Shown: positions 48,065-58,315, numbered from the stretch's first letter. The stretch is DNA of 64,000 nucleotides from an uncultured Bacteroidota bacterium (GCA_903919065.1 CAIXHD010000345.1:19005-83004); one strand, 5' to 3'. The notes: a model not told the origin generated them from the letters alone. Numbers and translations are program-made.

Positions 48065-49663
48065 TTAGGATTTGGACATTTTTTTATGCTTGATGGCAGT
48101 CTGAATACACTCACGCCTGCTGATTATCACAGAAATACCGTTATAGTTCAGCTCTTCAGACATGACCATGACATTCGCCTCATGATTCTTTTTAAGCGGA
48201 GTAATCACCCGCAGGTGTTCTGCAGGAACCCCTAACCCCAGGCAAATACTTTCGAGACGGCCAAAAGCAGAAGATGTTTGTCCTCCAGTCATTCCGGTTG
48301 TTTCATTATCTGATATTATTACCGTGATGGGGGTATTTTCATTCACTGCATCCAGCAGTCCTGTCATCCCTGAATGAGTGAAAGTTGAATCTCCTATCAC
48401 CGCAACGGAGGGTATGAGACCGGCATCCGCTGCTCCTTTAGCCATGGTTATAGAGGCACCCATATCAACACAGGAGTTAATGGCCTCAAAAGGGGCCAGG
48501 GCACCTAAAGTATAACATCCGATATCGGAGAAGGTACGACCGCCTCCTATAGGTTTTAGTGCCTCTAAAAGAGCATTATATGTATCAATATGTCCGCAAC
48601 CTTTGCAAAGTGACGGCGGACGGTTAGCCAGGAATGCTGGTACGCCCGGTCCGGATTTGGTTTCCAGGCCAAGAGCCTTTGCCACTATATCTGGTGTTAA
48701 TTCCCCATCCCGGGGGACAGCTCCATCCAATCGGCCATGAACAGGTATCACATTGTTATTCAGAATGCCCCTCAACCCGTTTTCAACTAAAGGATAACCC
48801 TCTTCGAGGACAAGAATACTCTTGCAGGTGCCGGACAATTCTCGGATTTTATCAACAGGAACAGGATATTGGCTGATTTTCAGCACTGGAAAAGGAATTC
48901 CTGATGGATAATTTTCAAGAACATAATTATAAGCAATTCCACAGGCAATTATGCCCATGGAATGGTCAGTTCCTGAACTCAGCTGATTGAATTCTGAATT
49001 TTCAGATGTGCTGATTAATTCAGGTTGCAAGGAGAGTAATCTCTTATAGCGCTTTCTTGCCAAAGCCGGCAAAAGAACAAATTGCCGCGGATCTGCCGGC
49101 AATTTCAGCTCATTCTGATCAAGGCTGCTCCTTGTCACAACCGCGGCCCTTGAATGGGCGAGCCTGGTAGTAATCCGCAGCATTACCGGAAGTTGAAATT
49201 TCTCAGACATTTCAAAAGCAGTAAAGACCATATCGTAAGCTTCCTGCTGGGTGGTTGGTTCGAAAACCGGCAGCAGAGCAAACTCGGCATAATACCTGGA
49301 ATCCTGTTCATTTTGAGACGAATGCATTGAAGGATCATCAGCAACGGCCACTATTAAGCCACCACCGGTACCAGTAATGGATGCATTCATAAATCCATCG
49401 GCTGCCACATTCAATCCAACATGCTTCATACAAACCAAAGCACGCTTTCCTGCATATGACATGCCTAGGGCAGATTCCATGGCCGTTTTTTCATTTGAAG
49501 ACCATTGACTGTGAATACCCTTCTCTGATGAAATCCGGCTCCGTTGAATGAATTCAGTTATTTCCGTTGATGGGGTACCTGGGTATGCATAAACCCCGGA
49601 AATCCCTGCATCAAGTGCGCCCTGAGCAATCGCTTCGGCACCCAGTAAAACGAGTTGTTGCAT
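48065..49663 (-). CDS. iorA: Indolepyruvate:ferredoxin oxidoreductase subunit alpha
   Basis: 532 aa. N-terminus GAEAIAQGALDAGISGVYAYPGTPSTEI. TPP-binding region GDSTFTHSG. Cys-rich CKGCGH block. Confidence 0.9.
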   Translation of the reverse strand: MQQLVLLGAEAIAQGALDAGISGVYAYPGTPSTEITEFIQRSRISSEKGIHSQWSSNEKTAMESALGMSYAGKRALVCMKHVGLNVAADGFMNASITGTGGGLIVAVADDPSMHSSQNEQDSRYYAEFALLPVFEPTTQQEAYDMVFTAFEMSEKFQLPVMLRITTRLAHSRAAVVTRSSLDQNELKLPADPRQFVLLPALARKRYKRLLSLQPELISTSENSEFNQLSSGTDHSMGIIACGIAYNYVLENYPSGIPFPVLKISQYPVPVDKIRELSGTCKSILVLEEGYPLVENGLRGILNNNVIPVHGRLDGAVPRDGELTPDIVAKALGLETKSGPGVPAFLANRPPSLCKGCGHIDTYNALLEALKPIGGGRTFSDIGCYTLGALAPFEAINSCVDMGASITMAKGAADAGLIPSVAVIGDSTFTHSGMTGLLDAVNENTPITVIISDNETTGMTGGQTSSAFGRLESICLGLGVPAEHLRVITPLKKNHEANVMVMSEELNYNGISVIISRRECIQTAIKHKKMSKS

Positions 49664-49680
49664 TATATTTGATTTAAACC

Positions 49681-49706
49681 AAAAAGGCAGCTAATCATTT
49701 GCTGCC
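49681..49706 (-). promoter_or_regulatory. Leader hairpin plus U-tract in the predicted 5' UTR of iorAB
   Basis: Minus strand reads GGCAGC-AAATGATTA-GCTGCC then TTTTT. It lies 18 nt upstream of the iorA ATG and just downstream of a minus-strand TACTTTTG box (49713-49720). Confidence 0.35.
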
Positions 49707-49723
49707 CCATTGCAAAAGTACCA

Positions 49724-49731
49724 TAATTTTG
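49724..49731 (+). promoter_or_regulatory. Bacteroidetes-type -7 box (TAATTTTG) upstream of the 49766 gene
   Basis: TAnnTTTG match. Two further matches (49664-49671, 49754-49761) sit in the same spacer, which shows the limited specificity of the motif. Confidence 0.25.
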
Positions 49732-49765
49732 TTTGACGGCACTCGTTTTAAGGTATATTTGCCTC

Positions 49766-50413
49766 GTGAAAAATTTATTAAAATCGGTCACATTCTTTTT
49801 GGTAACCCTGCTCTTAGGATCAGGACAGCAAGCCCATACCCAGACTGAAGAAAAGACAAATATCATTCATCTTACCGGAAGAACTCTTACAGATAGTCTT
49901 CAGCCGGTTCCATATGTTCATATAATAATGGTTAACAAAAAGTTAGCCACCGCCAGTGATCTTAAAGGGAATTATACCTTTCCTGCAGAGGTTAATGACA
50001 CCATTCTTTTCAGGGCTGTTGGATTTAAATATTTCAAACTAATTGTGAGAGACACCTTTCCAATCAGGTATCCATATATACCCATTATCATGGAGCAAGA
50101 TACCATTCAAATAAGGGAATCTGTCATCAGAGCCTGGCAAGGAAGTTATGAGCGATTTAAACAGGCTGTTCTGACCTATAAACTGCCGGTTACTGAACTC
50201 GATCGTGCCGAAAAGAACCTTGCCATGATGGACCTGAAGGCTTTGCTGATCAATGCCCCACCCTCCCCAACTATGGCATTCCGGAATACAATGAAAGTAT
50301 ACAATGACCGTTTATACTGGGCGGGACAATTACCTCCTGTTAATATTACAAACCCTCTTGCATGGGCCCAGTTCTTTAAAGCTTTAAAAAACGGTGATTT
50401 TAAAAAGAAGTAA
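49766..50413 (+). CDS. Carboxypeptidase-regulatory-like domain protein, secreted
   Basis: GTG 49766 gives signal peptide (V)KNLLKSVTFFLVTLLLGSGQQAHTQ. CarboxypepD_reg-like LTGRTLTDSLQPVPYVHI...GNYTF. TTG 49733 is the alternative start. Confidence 0.5.
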   Translation: MKNLLKSVTFFLVTLLLGSGQQAHTQTEEKTNIIHLTGRTLTDSLQPVPYVHIIMVNKKLATASDLKGNYTFPAEVNDTILFRAVGFKYFKLIVRDTFPIRYPYIPIIMEQDTIQIRESVIRAWQGSYERFKQAVLTYKLPVTELDRAEKNLAMMDLKALLINAPPSPTMAFRNTMKVYNDRLYWAGQLPPVNITNPLAWAQFFKALKNGDFKKK

Positions 50414-52850
50414 CTTCTTGAACAACAATAAATTTCGATATCGTTTTCTCCTGACCTGGATCATAACCCTATTTTCAGGCTTTATGCTGCAAGGTCAAAA
50501 CCTGGTGACAATATCAGGTTACATTCGTGATGAAAATAAGGCTGCTGTGGATGAGGCTAATATTTCGGTAAAATCCACCAATTCCAAAACCATCTCATCA
50601 AAATCCGGCTATTACCAGATTCAGCTGAATAAGCAATCCGAGTATATTCTGGTGATAACGAAAATCGGATTTGAAAATAAAGAGCTTGTCATTAAATCGT
50701 CAGATTATGCAAATGCTGATCGCATTCAATATGATATAGTCCACCAGAAGTCAACCAAAGTTTTAAGTGAGGCTATTATAAGGCCTGATCGTGACCCTGG
50801 TGCAAACCTTGTGAGGATTGATCCAAAACTGATTTTCAGCTTACCTGATCCATCAGGGAATTTTGAAGGACTGATCAAAAAAATGTCCGGAGTATCTTCA
50901 ACCAATGAACTTTCATCTCAATATTCAGTTCGCGGTGGAAATTTTGATGAGAATTTAGTCTATGTAAACGATATTGAAATTTATCGGCCATTCTTAATAA
51001 GATCCGGACAACAGGAAGGCCTTAGTTTCATTAATCCTGATTTGGTTGGATCTGTTTTGTTCTCTGCCGGAGGGTTCGACGCCAGATATGGTGATAAATT
51101 ATCATCGGTACTTGATATTAAATACCGAAAACCAAATGATTTTGCCGGTTCTGCCTCCATGAGCCTTATGGGTGGCACCCTGCATTTTGAAGGAACAACT
51201 GCAAAGAAGCGATTCTCTTATATTACGGGAATACGGTACAAATCGAGTAAATATCTGCTTAACACCTTGGAAACCAAGGGGGATTATAATCCTAAATTTG
51301 CTGATATTCAGACCTATATGACCTATAATGTTTCTCCTAAATGGGAATTAAGTTTTTTGGGAAATATTGCCAACAACCAATATGACTTTGAACCCGTGGA
51401 CCGATTAACCTCTTTTGGCACAGTCCATGAGGCGCTGCAATTAAAAATATATTTTGACGGTAAGGAAAGGGATGCATTTACCACTTATATGGGTGCTGCC
51501 ACGGCAACATATATGCCGACCGATCGGCTTGAAATGAAATGGATTGCTTCGGGATTCAGGACTCAGGAAGCTGAATCATTTGACATACAGGGACAATATG
51601 CACTCAATGAATTGGACAAGCGTTTGAATTCAGATAGTTACGCTGACAGTATTTTAAATCTTGGTGTTGGCACGTTTCTGGATCATGCACGCAACGTATT
51701 AAATGCCAATGTATTCAGCTTTGATTACAAAGGCAGTTACAAGACAGATGCGCATTGGTTGCAGTGGGGAGCAAGGTTTCAGCATAGCGGATTCTCCGAT
51801 GATATTCAGGAATGGATCATGCTTGATTCTGCAGGTTACTCTCTACCCTATTCCGATTCTGTTGTAAACCTTCGCTCAACACACTTCTCAAATGCGACAT
51901 TAAGCACTGACCAGGTGAATGGTTACCTGCGCGATTCCTATGAAAAGATGCTACGCAAAGGCAAGCTTGTTTTAAATGGCGGGATCAGAACTACTTATAC
52001 GGATATAAATAAGGAATTCTTAATAAGTCCGAGGGTCAGCATTTCCTATCTACCGGCGAGTATCAAGGATCTACAACTCAGGTTCTCTGCAGGCACCTAT
52101 CATCAGCCTGCCTTTTTCAAGGAGTTTCAGGATTTGGATGGTAAGATTCATACTGATGTAAAGGCTCAAAAATCATTGCATTTTGTTGGTGGAACAGACT
52201 ATTATTTCCTTGCCTGGGGAAGAATGTTCAAATTTACCAATGAGGTTTATTACAAGTACCTTTGGGATCTTGTTCCCTATGAAGTCGACAATGTAAGAAT
52301 CAGGTATTATGGAGCCAATTCAGCCAAGGGTTATGCAGCTGGATTAGACATGAAAATTAATGGTGAATTCGTACCTGGAATCGATTCATGGGCAAATATT
52401 TCGGTCATGCAGACACAGGAAGACATAGTCGGAGATACAATTGGGTTTATTGCCCGGCCAACGGATCAACGGGTTAATGTTAGCATTTTCTTCCAGGATT
52501 ATTTACCAAAAAGCACCTCCTACAAGGCGCATCTCAACTTGTTTTTCGGAACGGGATTACCTTTTGGCCCTCCCGGCAACCAGGCTCTTAAATCCGCATT
52601 AAGAATCCCTGCCTACCGCCGGGTTGATATAGGATTCTCAAAAATCCTGATCGACGGGAATAACAGGTCCACTAACAAGTACCTTAAAAACTTCAAATCC
52701 TTGTGGTTGAGTCTGGAGATTTTCAATCTGCTAGACATCAACAACACGATTTCTCATATCTGGATAACTGATATCAGCAACCGCCAATATGCAGTGCCAA
52801 ATTATCTGACCGGCAGACGGTTCAACGTTAAACTTCAGGCAAATTTTTAA
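50394..52850 (+). CDS. TonB-dependent-receptor-like outer-membrane barrel with N-terminal CarboxypepD_reg domain
   Basis: ISGYIRDENKAAVDEANISV...GYYQI, plug-like region, long beta-barrel ending ...RFNVKLQANF. Start is GTG 50394 (20-nt overlap) or TTG 50418. Confidence 0.7.
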   Translation: MILKRSNFLNNNKFRYRFLLTWIITLFSGFMLQGQNLVTISGYIRDENKAAVDEANISVKSTNSKTISSKSGYYQIQLNKQSEYILVITKIGFENKELVIKSSDYANADRIQYDIVHQKSTKVLSEAIIRPDRDPGANLVRIDPKLIFSLPDPSGNFEGLIKKMSGVSSTNELSSQYSVRGGNFDENLVYVNDIEIYRPFLIRSGQQEGLSFINPDLVGSVLFSAGGFDARYGDKLSSVLDIKYRKPNDFAGSASMSLMGGTLHFEGTTAKKRFSYITGIRYKSSKYLLNTLETKGDYNPKFADIQTYMTYNVSPKWELSFLGNIANNQYDFEPVDRLTSFGTVHEALQLKIYFDGKERDAFTTYMGAATATYMPTDRLEMKWIASGFRTQEAESFDIQGQYALNELDKRLNSDSYADSILNLGVGTFLDHARNVLNANVFSFDYKGSYKTDAHWLQWGARFQHSGFSDDIQEWIMLDSAGYSLPYSDSVVNLRSTHFSNATLSTDQVNGYLRDSYEKMLRKGKLVLNGGIRTTYTDINKEFLISPRVSISYLPASIKDLQLRFSAGTYHQPAFFKEFQDLDGKIHTDVKAQKSLHFVGGTDYYFLAWGRMFKFTNEVYYKYLWDLVPYEVDNVRIRYYGANSAKGYAAGLDMKINGEFVPGIDSWANISVMQTQEDIVGDTIGFIARPTDQRVNVSIFFQDYLPKSTSYKAHLNLFFGTGLPFGPPGNQALKSALRIPAYRRVDIGFSKILIDGNNRSTNKYLKNFKSLWLSLEIFNLLDINNTISHIWITDISNRQYAVPNYLTGRRFNVKLQANF

Positions 52851-52853
52851 GGT

Positions 52854-54890
52854 ATGGTTTTTCAGCAGCCATTGTTCCTATATGGATTATTTCTGCTGGT
52901 TATTCCAATTCTCATCCATTTCCTAAATTTCAGAAAATCTAAAACACAATATTTTAGCTCCTTGCGATTTATCGAGGAGGTGAAAAGTACATACCGCAAG
53001 AGAAATAATTTGACAGATTTACTTTTGCTGCTGCTTCGCCTCCTGGTTATGGCCTGCCTGATTATTGCATTCGCCCAACCGGTGATTCCGTCAAAAAAGG
53101 ACAGCAGCACAACAACAATGTCAATTACCGGCTTGTTCATTGATAATTCCCAAAGTATGGAATTAGCAGGACAAGGAGAATCATTATTGGCACAGGCAAA
53201 GGTCAGAGCAAAAGAAATTGTCAGGGAATTTCCTCCAGACAGTAAATTTCAGCTTCTTTTCAACGGAACCACCCCTGATATTCCGGGGTTGACTGACAAG
53301 GAACTGACGCTTTCATTAATAGATGGAATTCAACTTTCGGATGTTCAGTTGCCGATGGATGACATCCTTCTATTCTTCAATCAGGTCAGTCAGAACAGAG
53401 ACACGAAAATTTCTGCAGTTATTCTGATCTCAGATTTTCAGGAATCATTGTTTACAAAACCCCTGACGTCCATCAGCAGTGGAGAGACCATATTTCCAAT
53501 CCCCCTTAAACCATTGTCAGGATCAAATATCAGTGTTGACAGTTGTTGGCTGGATAACCCGTTAACTCTTCTTGGTGAGAATAATATTATAACCGCCAGG
53601 ATCAATAACCGATCGGACCAGGAGTATGATGATTTTCCGGTCAGGCTGGTTATCAATGACACACTAAGGAATGAAACATCTGTAAAACTACCGGCAAGGA
53701 GCGTCACAGAAGTTAATTTAAGCTTTCATCCCAATACGAGGGGATGGCAAGCAGGATTGGTTCAGATTTCTGATTTTCCGGTAGTTTTCGACAATGAATT
53801 ATTATTCAGTTTTAAAATTGAATCCGATATCCGTGTTTTGCTCATGCATGGTGGAATTGAAAATCCATTCATAAGGAACGTTTTCAGCGATGATCCATAT
53901 TTCAGGTATGAAAGCTTCAGTCAGGAAGCATTTCCCAGATCAGATTTCAGAGATTACAATCTGGTAATTATTGCCGGAGTTAAGAATATTGATAGTCGTT
54001 TGGGGTCAAAAATCAGAGATTACATGGATAATGGCGGTACAGTATGGTTCCTTCCCGAATTATCAGGGCAGTTGGCTGGTTATAACGATTTTTTAAGATC
54101 GACCGGTGTGCCTCAATTTCAAAACCTCCTTAATTACCGCATCGAATCCAAGATTGCCCAGGAACAAAATCTCTGGCTGCAAGGAGTTGTTGTTAATGTT
54201 GACAAACGTCTGCGGCTGCCCTATTTCAATCAATCTTTAAGGATTATATCCCTAACTCCAGATCTGACTCAGGTCTTAAATTCAGTATCCGGAGACATTC
54301 TGCTGGGGCAATTCAGAATAGGCCTCGGGTCGATGGTTTTGTCCGGATTTCCACTTGATGAAAAAGTAACTGATTTCATGTTTCATCCGCTTTTTATTCC
54401 GTTATGTTATCGAATAGCAACTATGAGCAAGCACAATTCTGCTCTTTACCAGGTAAATGGAACCAATCAACCGCTTGCCGTTAGCATTTACAAAAATCCC
54501 GGCAATGTTATTCGACTCAAAAACAACAACTCAAACTTTGAGACCAGTCCAGTCCAACATCCGGGGAATGGATCAGAAACCATTCTTTTTCCAGGCAGAC
54601 TGCCTTCATCAGGATTTTATAGTGCAGTATCCGGCGCTGATACCCTGTCAAAAATTGCTTTTAATACGTCTCGAGCCGAATCAAGTCTGATTTTTCTTCC
54701 CGATTCGGTTCTGCAAAGACGTTTTAAAGAAGCGGGATGGAATATTTCCATGAATAATAATTCACTATCAGGTAAAAATTCAAAAGGGCTGGTCAGTGAA
54801 ATTGCCTCAAAAAAAATTTGGTATTACTTTCTAATCATGGCTTTAATGGCTTTAATTGCCGAGTCATTTGTTATGAATGTTAAAAAGTGA
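52854..54890 (+). CDS. BatA-domain (aerotolerance N-terminal TM) containing protein
   Basis: N-terminus PLFLYGLFLLVIPILIHFLNFRK, second TM, large extracytoplasmic body, C-terminal TM helix. Confidence 0.6.
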   Translation: MVFQQPLFLYGLFLLVIPILIHFLNFRKSKTQYFSSLRFIEEVKSTYRKRNNLTDLLLLLLRLLVMACLIIAFAQPVIPSKKDSSTTTMSITGLFIDNSQSMELAGQGESLLAQAKVRAKEIVREFPPDSKFQLLFNGTTPDIPGLTDKELTLSLIDGIQLSDVQLPMDDILLFFNQVSQNRDTKISAVILISDFQESLFTKPLTSISSGETIFPIPLKPLSGSNISVDSCWLDNPLTLLGENNIITARINNRSDQEYDDFPVRLVINDTLRNETSVKLPARSVTEVNLSFHPNTRGWQAGLVQISDFPVVFDNELLFSFKIESDIRVLLMHGGIENPFIRNVFSDDPYFRYESFSQEAFPRSDFRDYNLVIIAGVKNIDSRLGSKIRDYMDNGGTVWFLPELSGQLAGYNDFLRSTGVPQFQNLLNYRIESKIAQEQNLWLQGVVVNVDKRLRLPYFNQSLRIISLTPDLTQVLNSVSGDILLGQFRIGLGSMVLSGFPLDEKVTDFMFHPLFIPLCYRIATMSKHNSALYQVNGTNQPLAVSIYKNPGNVIRLKNNNSNFETSPVQHPGNGSETILFPGRLPSSGFYSAVSGADTLSKIAFNTSRAESSLIFLPDSVLQRRFKEAGWNISMNNNSLSGKNSKGLVSEIASKKIWYYFLIMALMALIAESFVMNVKK

Positions 54891-54924
54891 TTCCTTTGTA
54901 TAATTATTTTAAAACATAAGAATT

Positions 54925-56133
54925 ATGAAGCCGATAGATTACATTAACCGTGAAGATTTATACGGAGCACACAATTATCATCCGCTGCCGGTTGTATTAG
55001 ACCGAGGCGAAGGTGTTTTTGTCTGGGACGTTGAAGGGAAGAAATATTTTGATTTTCTATCGGCATACTCTGCTGTTAATCAAGGACATTGTCATCCTAA
55101 AATCATTGGAGCGCTGGTTCAGCAAGCCTCAAAGTTAACCCTGACTTCACGGGCATTTTACAATTCCACGTTAGGTGAATATGAAGAGTTTGTAACAAAG
55201 TACTTCGGTTATGAAAAAGTACTGCCTATGAACTCTGGTGCTGAGGGGGATGAAACCGCCCTTAAGCTTTGCAGAAAATGGGCTTATACAAAAAAAGGAA
55301 TTGCTGAGAATCAGGCAAAAATTATTGTTTGCGATGGGAACTTCCATGGAAGAACCATTTCCATCATTTCGATGTCGACTGATCCGGATTCCTATGGTGG
55401 ATTCGGGCCATTCACTCCAGGATTTATCAAGATTCCATATAACGACATTCCTGCCCTGGAAGCCGCTTTACAAGACCCTAATGTAGCCGGATTCCTTGTA
55501 GAACCTATTCAGGGTGAAGCAGGTGTTTATGTTCCAGATGAGGGTTACCTATCTACAGCATATAAACTTTGTAAAGAGAAAAATGTGCTTTTCATAGCAG
55601 ATGAGGTTCAAACCGGAATTGCGCGTACAGGGAAACTGCTTGCTTGCGACCATGAAAAAGTAAGACCGGATATCCTGATTCTTGGAAAAGCATTATCAGG
55701 CGGAGTGTATCCAATTTCTGCGGTATTGGCTGATAATGACATTATGTTATGCATCAAGCCCGGTGAACATGGTTCAACATTTGGAGGAAACCCAATTGCT
55801 GCTAAAGTGGCAATTGCAGCTTTAGAGGTTATCCGCGACGAGAAATTGGCTGAAAACGCTGAAAATCTTGGGAAAATATTCCGTTCTGAACTATTAAAGA
55901 TTAAATCCGACCGGATTGAATTAGTTCGCGGCAAAGGATTGCTGAATGCTGCGGTGATTCGGCCAAAAGGTGAACAAACCGCATGGGATGTATGTATTGC
56001 TTTAAAAGAAAACGGATTACTGGCCAAACCGACTCATGATCATATCATCCGGTTTGCACCTCCGCTCGTTATTAATGAAAGCCAGATCATGGAAGCAGCC
56101 GGAATCATCAGAGAAACGATTGAAGGGATGTAA
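54925..56133 (+). CDS. rocD: Ornithine--oxo-acid aminotransferase
   Basis: [66 protein letters not shown] (PLP-Lys). Confidence 0.9.
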   Translation: MKPIDYINREDLYGAHNYHPLPVVLDRGEGVFVWDVEGKKYFDFLSAYSAVNQGHCHPKIIGALVQQASKLTLTSRAFYNSTLGEYEEFVTKYFGYEKVLPMNSGAEGDETALKLCRKWAYTKKGIAENQAKIIVCDGNFHGRTISIISMSTDPDSYGGFGPFTPGFIKIPYNDIPALEAALQDPNVAGFLVEPIQGEAGVYVPDEGYLSTAYKLCKEKNVLFIADEVQTGIARTGKLLACDHEKVRPDILILGKALSGGVYPISAVLADNDIMLCIKPGEHGSTFGGNPIAAKVAIAALEVIRDEKLAENAENLGKIFRSELLKIKSDRIELVRGKGLLNAAVIRPKGEQTAWDVCIALKENGLLAKPTHDHIIRFAPPLVINESQIMEAAGIIRETIEGM

Positions 56134-56140
56134 TCCGTTA

Positions 56141-56818
56141 ATGTTTTGGCGAAAGATGAAAGCAAGAACAACGCTGCTTATTCTTCTGGTCATTTCATTA
56201 TCCGGTATTCACGCGATACCAGCTGAAGCTCAGGTTAATGACACCTTATATTCATCATTATCCCAGCAACCGCATGGAATCTGGTTTCATAAAACCAATT
56301 CTGTTTTTAAACGGGTTGCTTACAGTCAGGCCATTCTTTGGCCTGCCTCAGCTGCCGGGCATTTAGGCTTGTACATCAGGGATGGTGAACTTGGGAACCT
56401 TAGTAACATTTATACATTGCGAATGTATAAACGCACCTTTACTTTACCCCCGGTATGGGATAGCGATACATTTTCATGGAATTATGTTGTTCATCCAATT
56501 ATGGGCTCTTTTTCTTACCTCGCATACAGGAATAAAAGAGCTCATTGGGCTGAGGCCTTTGCAGGAGCTGCTTTAAATTCCGCTATTTATGAATATTTCA
56601 TTGCCGGGGCAACCCAACAGCCAAGCATCAATGATATGGTAATGACTCCAATCCTCGGCAGTCTCCTTGGCGAAGGCATCTATCAATTAAAGAAACAGAT
56701 GCTTCGTAATCGCCATCTGGGTATCGTTGAAAAAATAGTAATGACTGTTTCAGATCCTTTTGAAGTGATTTACTACGGGTTCAATTATCGTAAGATTTGC
56801 CAGGTTAATTACCGATAA
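56141..56818 (+). CDS. DUF3943-like secreted protein
   Basis: ATG 56141 (or 56156) gives a signal peptide. WDSDTFSWNYVVHPIMGSFSY block typical of the family. The track ORF's start at 56036 lies inside rocD. Confidence 0.5.
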   Translation: MFWRKMKARTTLLILLVISLSGIHAIPAEAQVNDTLYSSLSQQPHGIWFHKTNSVFKRVAYSQAILWPASAAGHLGLYIRDGELGNLSNIYTLRMYKRTFTLPPVWDSDTFSWNYVVHPIMGSFSYLAYRNKRAHWAEAFAGAALNSAIYEYFIAGATQQPSINDMVMTPILGSLLGEGIYQLKKQMLRNRHLGIVEKIVMTVSDPFEVIYYGFNYRKICQVNYR

Positions 56819-56825
56819 AACAAGA

Positions 56826-56854
56826 AACCCCGCTAAAAGCGGGGTTCTTTGTTT
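56826..56854. terminator. Bidirectional rho-independent terminator between convergent genes
   Basis: AACCCCGC-TAAAA-GCGGGGTT stem-loop, flanked by a T-rich run on both strands (CTTTGTTT on plus, TCTTGTTTT on minus). Confidence 0.75.
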
Positions 56855-56860
56855 CATCAC

Positions 56861-58315
56861 TTATTTCTTACCCAATTCAAAAAGGCTGTATTCAACCCTT
56901 CGGTTCAAACTTCGCCCTTCTTTTGTCTTGTTGTCGAAAGCCGGCTTTGTTTCGCCAAAATACTGCAACCGTATCTGCAAATCATTGATTCCTTTTTTGA
57001 TCAGATACCATTTTGCAGAATTCGCACGCTTTTCGGAAAGATCCAGATTAAATTTTTCTGTGCCAATATAATCCGAATGCCCATCAAACTGAACACCGTA
57101 ATCTTTATGGTTATGTAACGCGTTGGCAATTCTCTCCAAGGCATCTATTCCATCTGGTTTCAGGGTAAAGGAATCAAAGTCGAAATAGATCGGTTTCATC
57201 GAAATGTTGTATTTGCCGACAATATATCCGATAGTAAATGGACAGCCTTTAAGTTCAGCAACACCAGGCTTATCCGGACAAATGTCCTCACTGTCTGGTA
57301 TACCATCCCGGTCATTATCAACCGGACAACCGAAGCGATCAACCTTATACCCATTTGGAGTATTAGGACAGCGGTCAGCCTCATCAGTAACTCCATCCCC
57401 GTCAGTGTCCGGGCAACCGCTAAAAGCTGCCAATCCAAACACCTCCGGGCACTCGTCAATTTTATCCGGAATGCCATCCTTATCGGTATCCGGACAGCCA
57501 TTGAATTCCTTCGGACCAGCCATAGTGGGGCAATCATCCTGATAATCAAGAACACCGTCCTTATCATTATCCAGAGGACAACCATTTGCATCAACCGGCA
57601 CGCCTGCCGGCGTATCCGGGCATTTATCAAATTTATCAAGCACACCATCGCCATCAGCATCCTTCTTCACAGGCCTGCCCAGAGAAATTACTATACCAAC
57701 CGAATTCTCCAGAAACAAATCCGGGCCCTTGTTTTGAGCAATATCTGGATACCAGCCGTCGATTTTGTCGTTAAGTGGGGTCATCAGGCTGCTTTGAACA
57801 TGGAGGCCTATTGTACTGCTTATTCTGACATTCAATCCCAATCCCCCATAAATATTTGGATTCAGATAAGACTCGTTAAAAGCACCACTGTATCCTGAAC
57901 CCGAAGTTTTGGCGAGGTTGCCTCCGATCCCGCCAAGAATATACGGGGCTAAAAAGGAGGCTTCCTTAAGTAGATAACCGTTATTAATCTTGTACTTAAA
58001 CAGAAGGTTTAAATTATACATATCAGCCTTAAAATTCAACCAGGTTGGCTGACCCAACCTTCCATTGTCACTCGCATCTGACTGGCCATAAAAGAAATGT
58101 CCCATTAAGTCAAATGATGGGTTAAGATACCTGGCTACGCTTGCTCCTCCGCCAAAATTTTGTTTAAAGGAGTAAAATTGATTAGTAAAATCACCATTAT
58201 ACTCCCGTATTCCCAAACTAGCACCAACGCCCCATTTGTTATCAGCATTTTGAGCATCCAATGCTACTCCCCCCAGCAAGAATAACGCCAGAAGGAGCCA
58301 AACTTTTAGATTCAT
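56861..58315 (-). CDS. OmpA-family outer-membrane protein with thrombospondin type-3 repeats
   Basis: Signal peptide, N-terminal barrel, five DxDxDGxxDxxDxCP repeats, C-terminal OmpA domain (GHSDYIGTEKFNLDLSEKRA...NRRVE). Confidence 0.85.
   Translation of the reverse strand: MNLKVWLLLALFLLGGVALDAQNADNKWGVGASLGIREYNGDFTNQFYSFKQNFGGGASVARYLNPSFDLMGHFFYGQSDASDNGRLGQPTWLNFKADMYNLNLLFKYKINNGYLLKEASFLAPYILGGIGGNLAKTSGSGYSGAFNESYLNPNIYGGLGLNVRISSTIGLHVQSSLMTPLNDKIDGWYPDIAQNKGPDLFLENSVGIVISLGRPVKKDADGDGVLDKFDKCPDTPAGVPVDANGCPLDNDKDGVLDYQDDCPTMAGPKEFNGCPDTDKDGIPDKIDECPEVFGLAAFSGCPDTDGDGVTDEADRCPNTPNGYKVDRFGCPVDNDRDGIPDSEDICPDKPGVAELKGCPFTIGYIVGKYNISMKPIYFDFDSFTLKPDGIDALERIANALHNHKDYGVQFDGHSDYIGTEKFNLDLSEKRANSAKWYLIKKGINDLQIRLQYFGETKPAFDNKTKEGRSLNRRVEYSLFELGKK
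57236..57661 (-). repeat. Tandem TSP3-like calcium-binding repeats (coding, inside the OmpA-family gene)
   Basis: aa 219-360: DADGDGVLDKFDKCPDT / DNDKDGVLDYQDDCP / DTDKDGIPDKIDECP / DTDGDGVTDEADRCP / DNDRDGIPDSEDICP. Confidence 0.7.

Noticed and set aside
57196-57660. 154-aa (minus, alternate frame) and 112-aa (plus) ORFs inside the OmpA-family gene
   Set aside because: They arise from the repetitive GAY/GGN-rich DNA encoding the TSP3 repeats. The frame encoding DxDxDG repeats plus the OmpA domain is clearly the real one.
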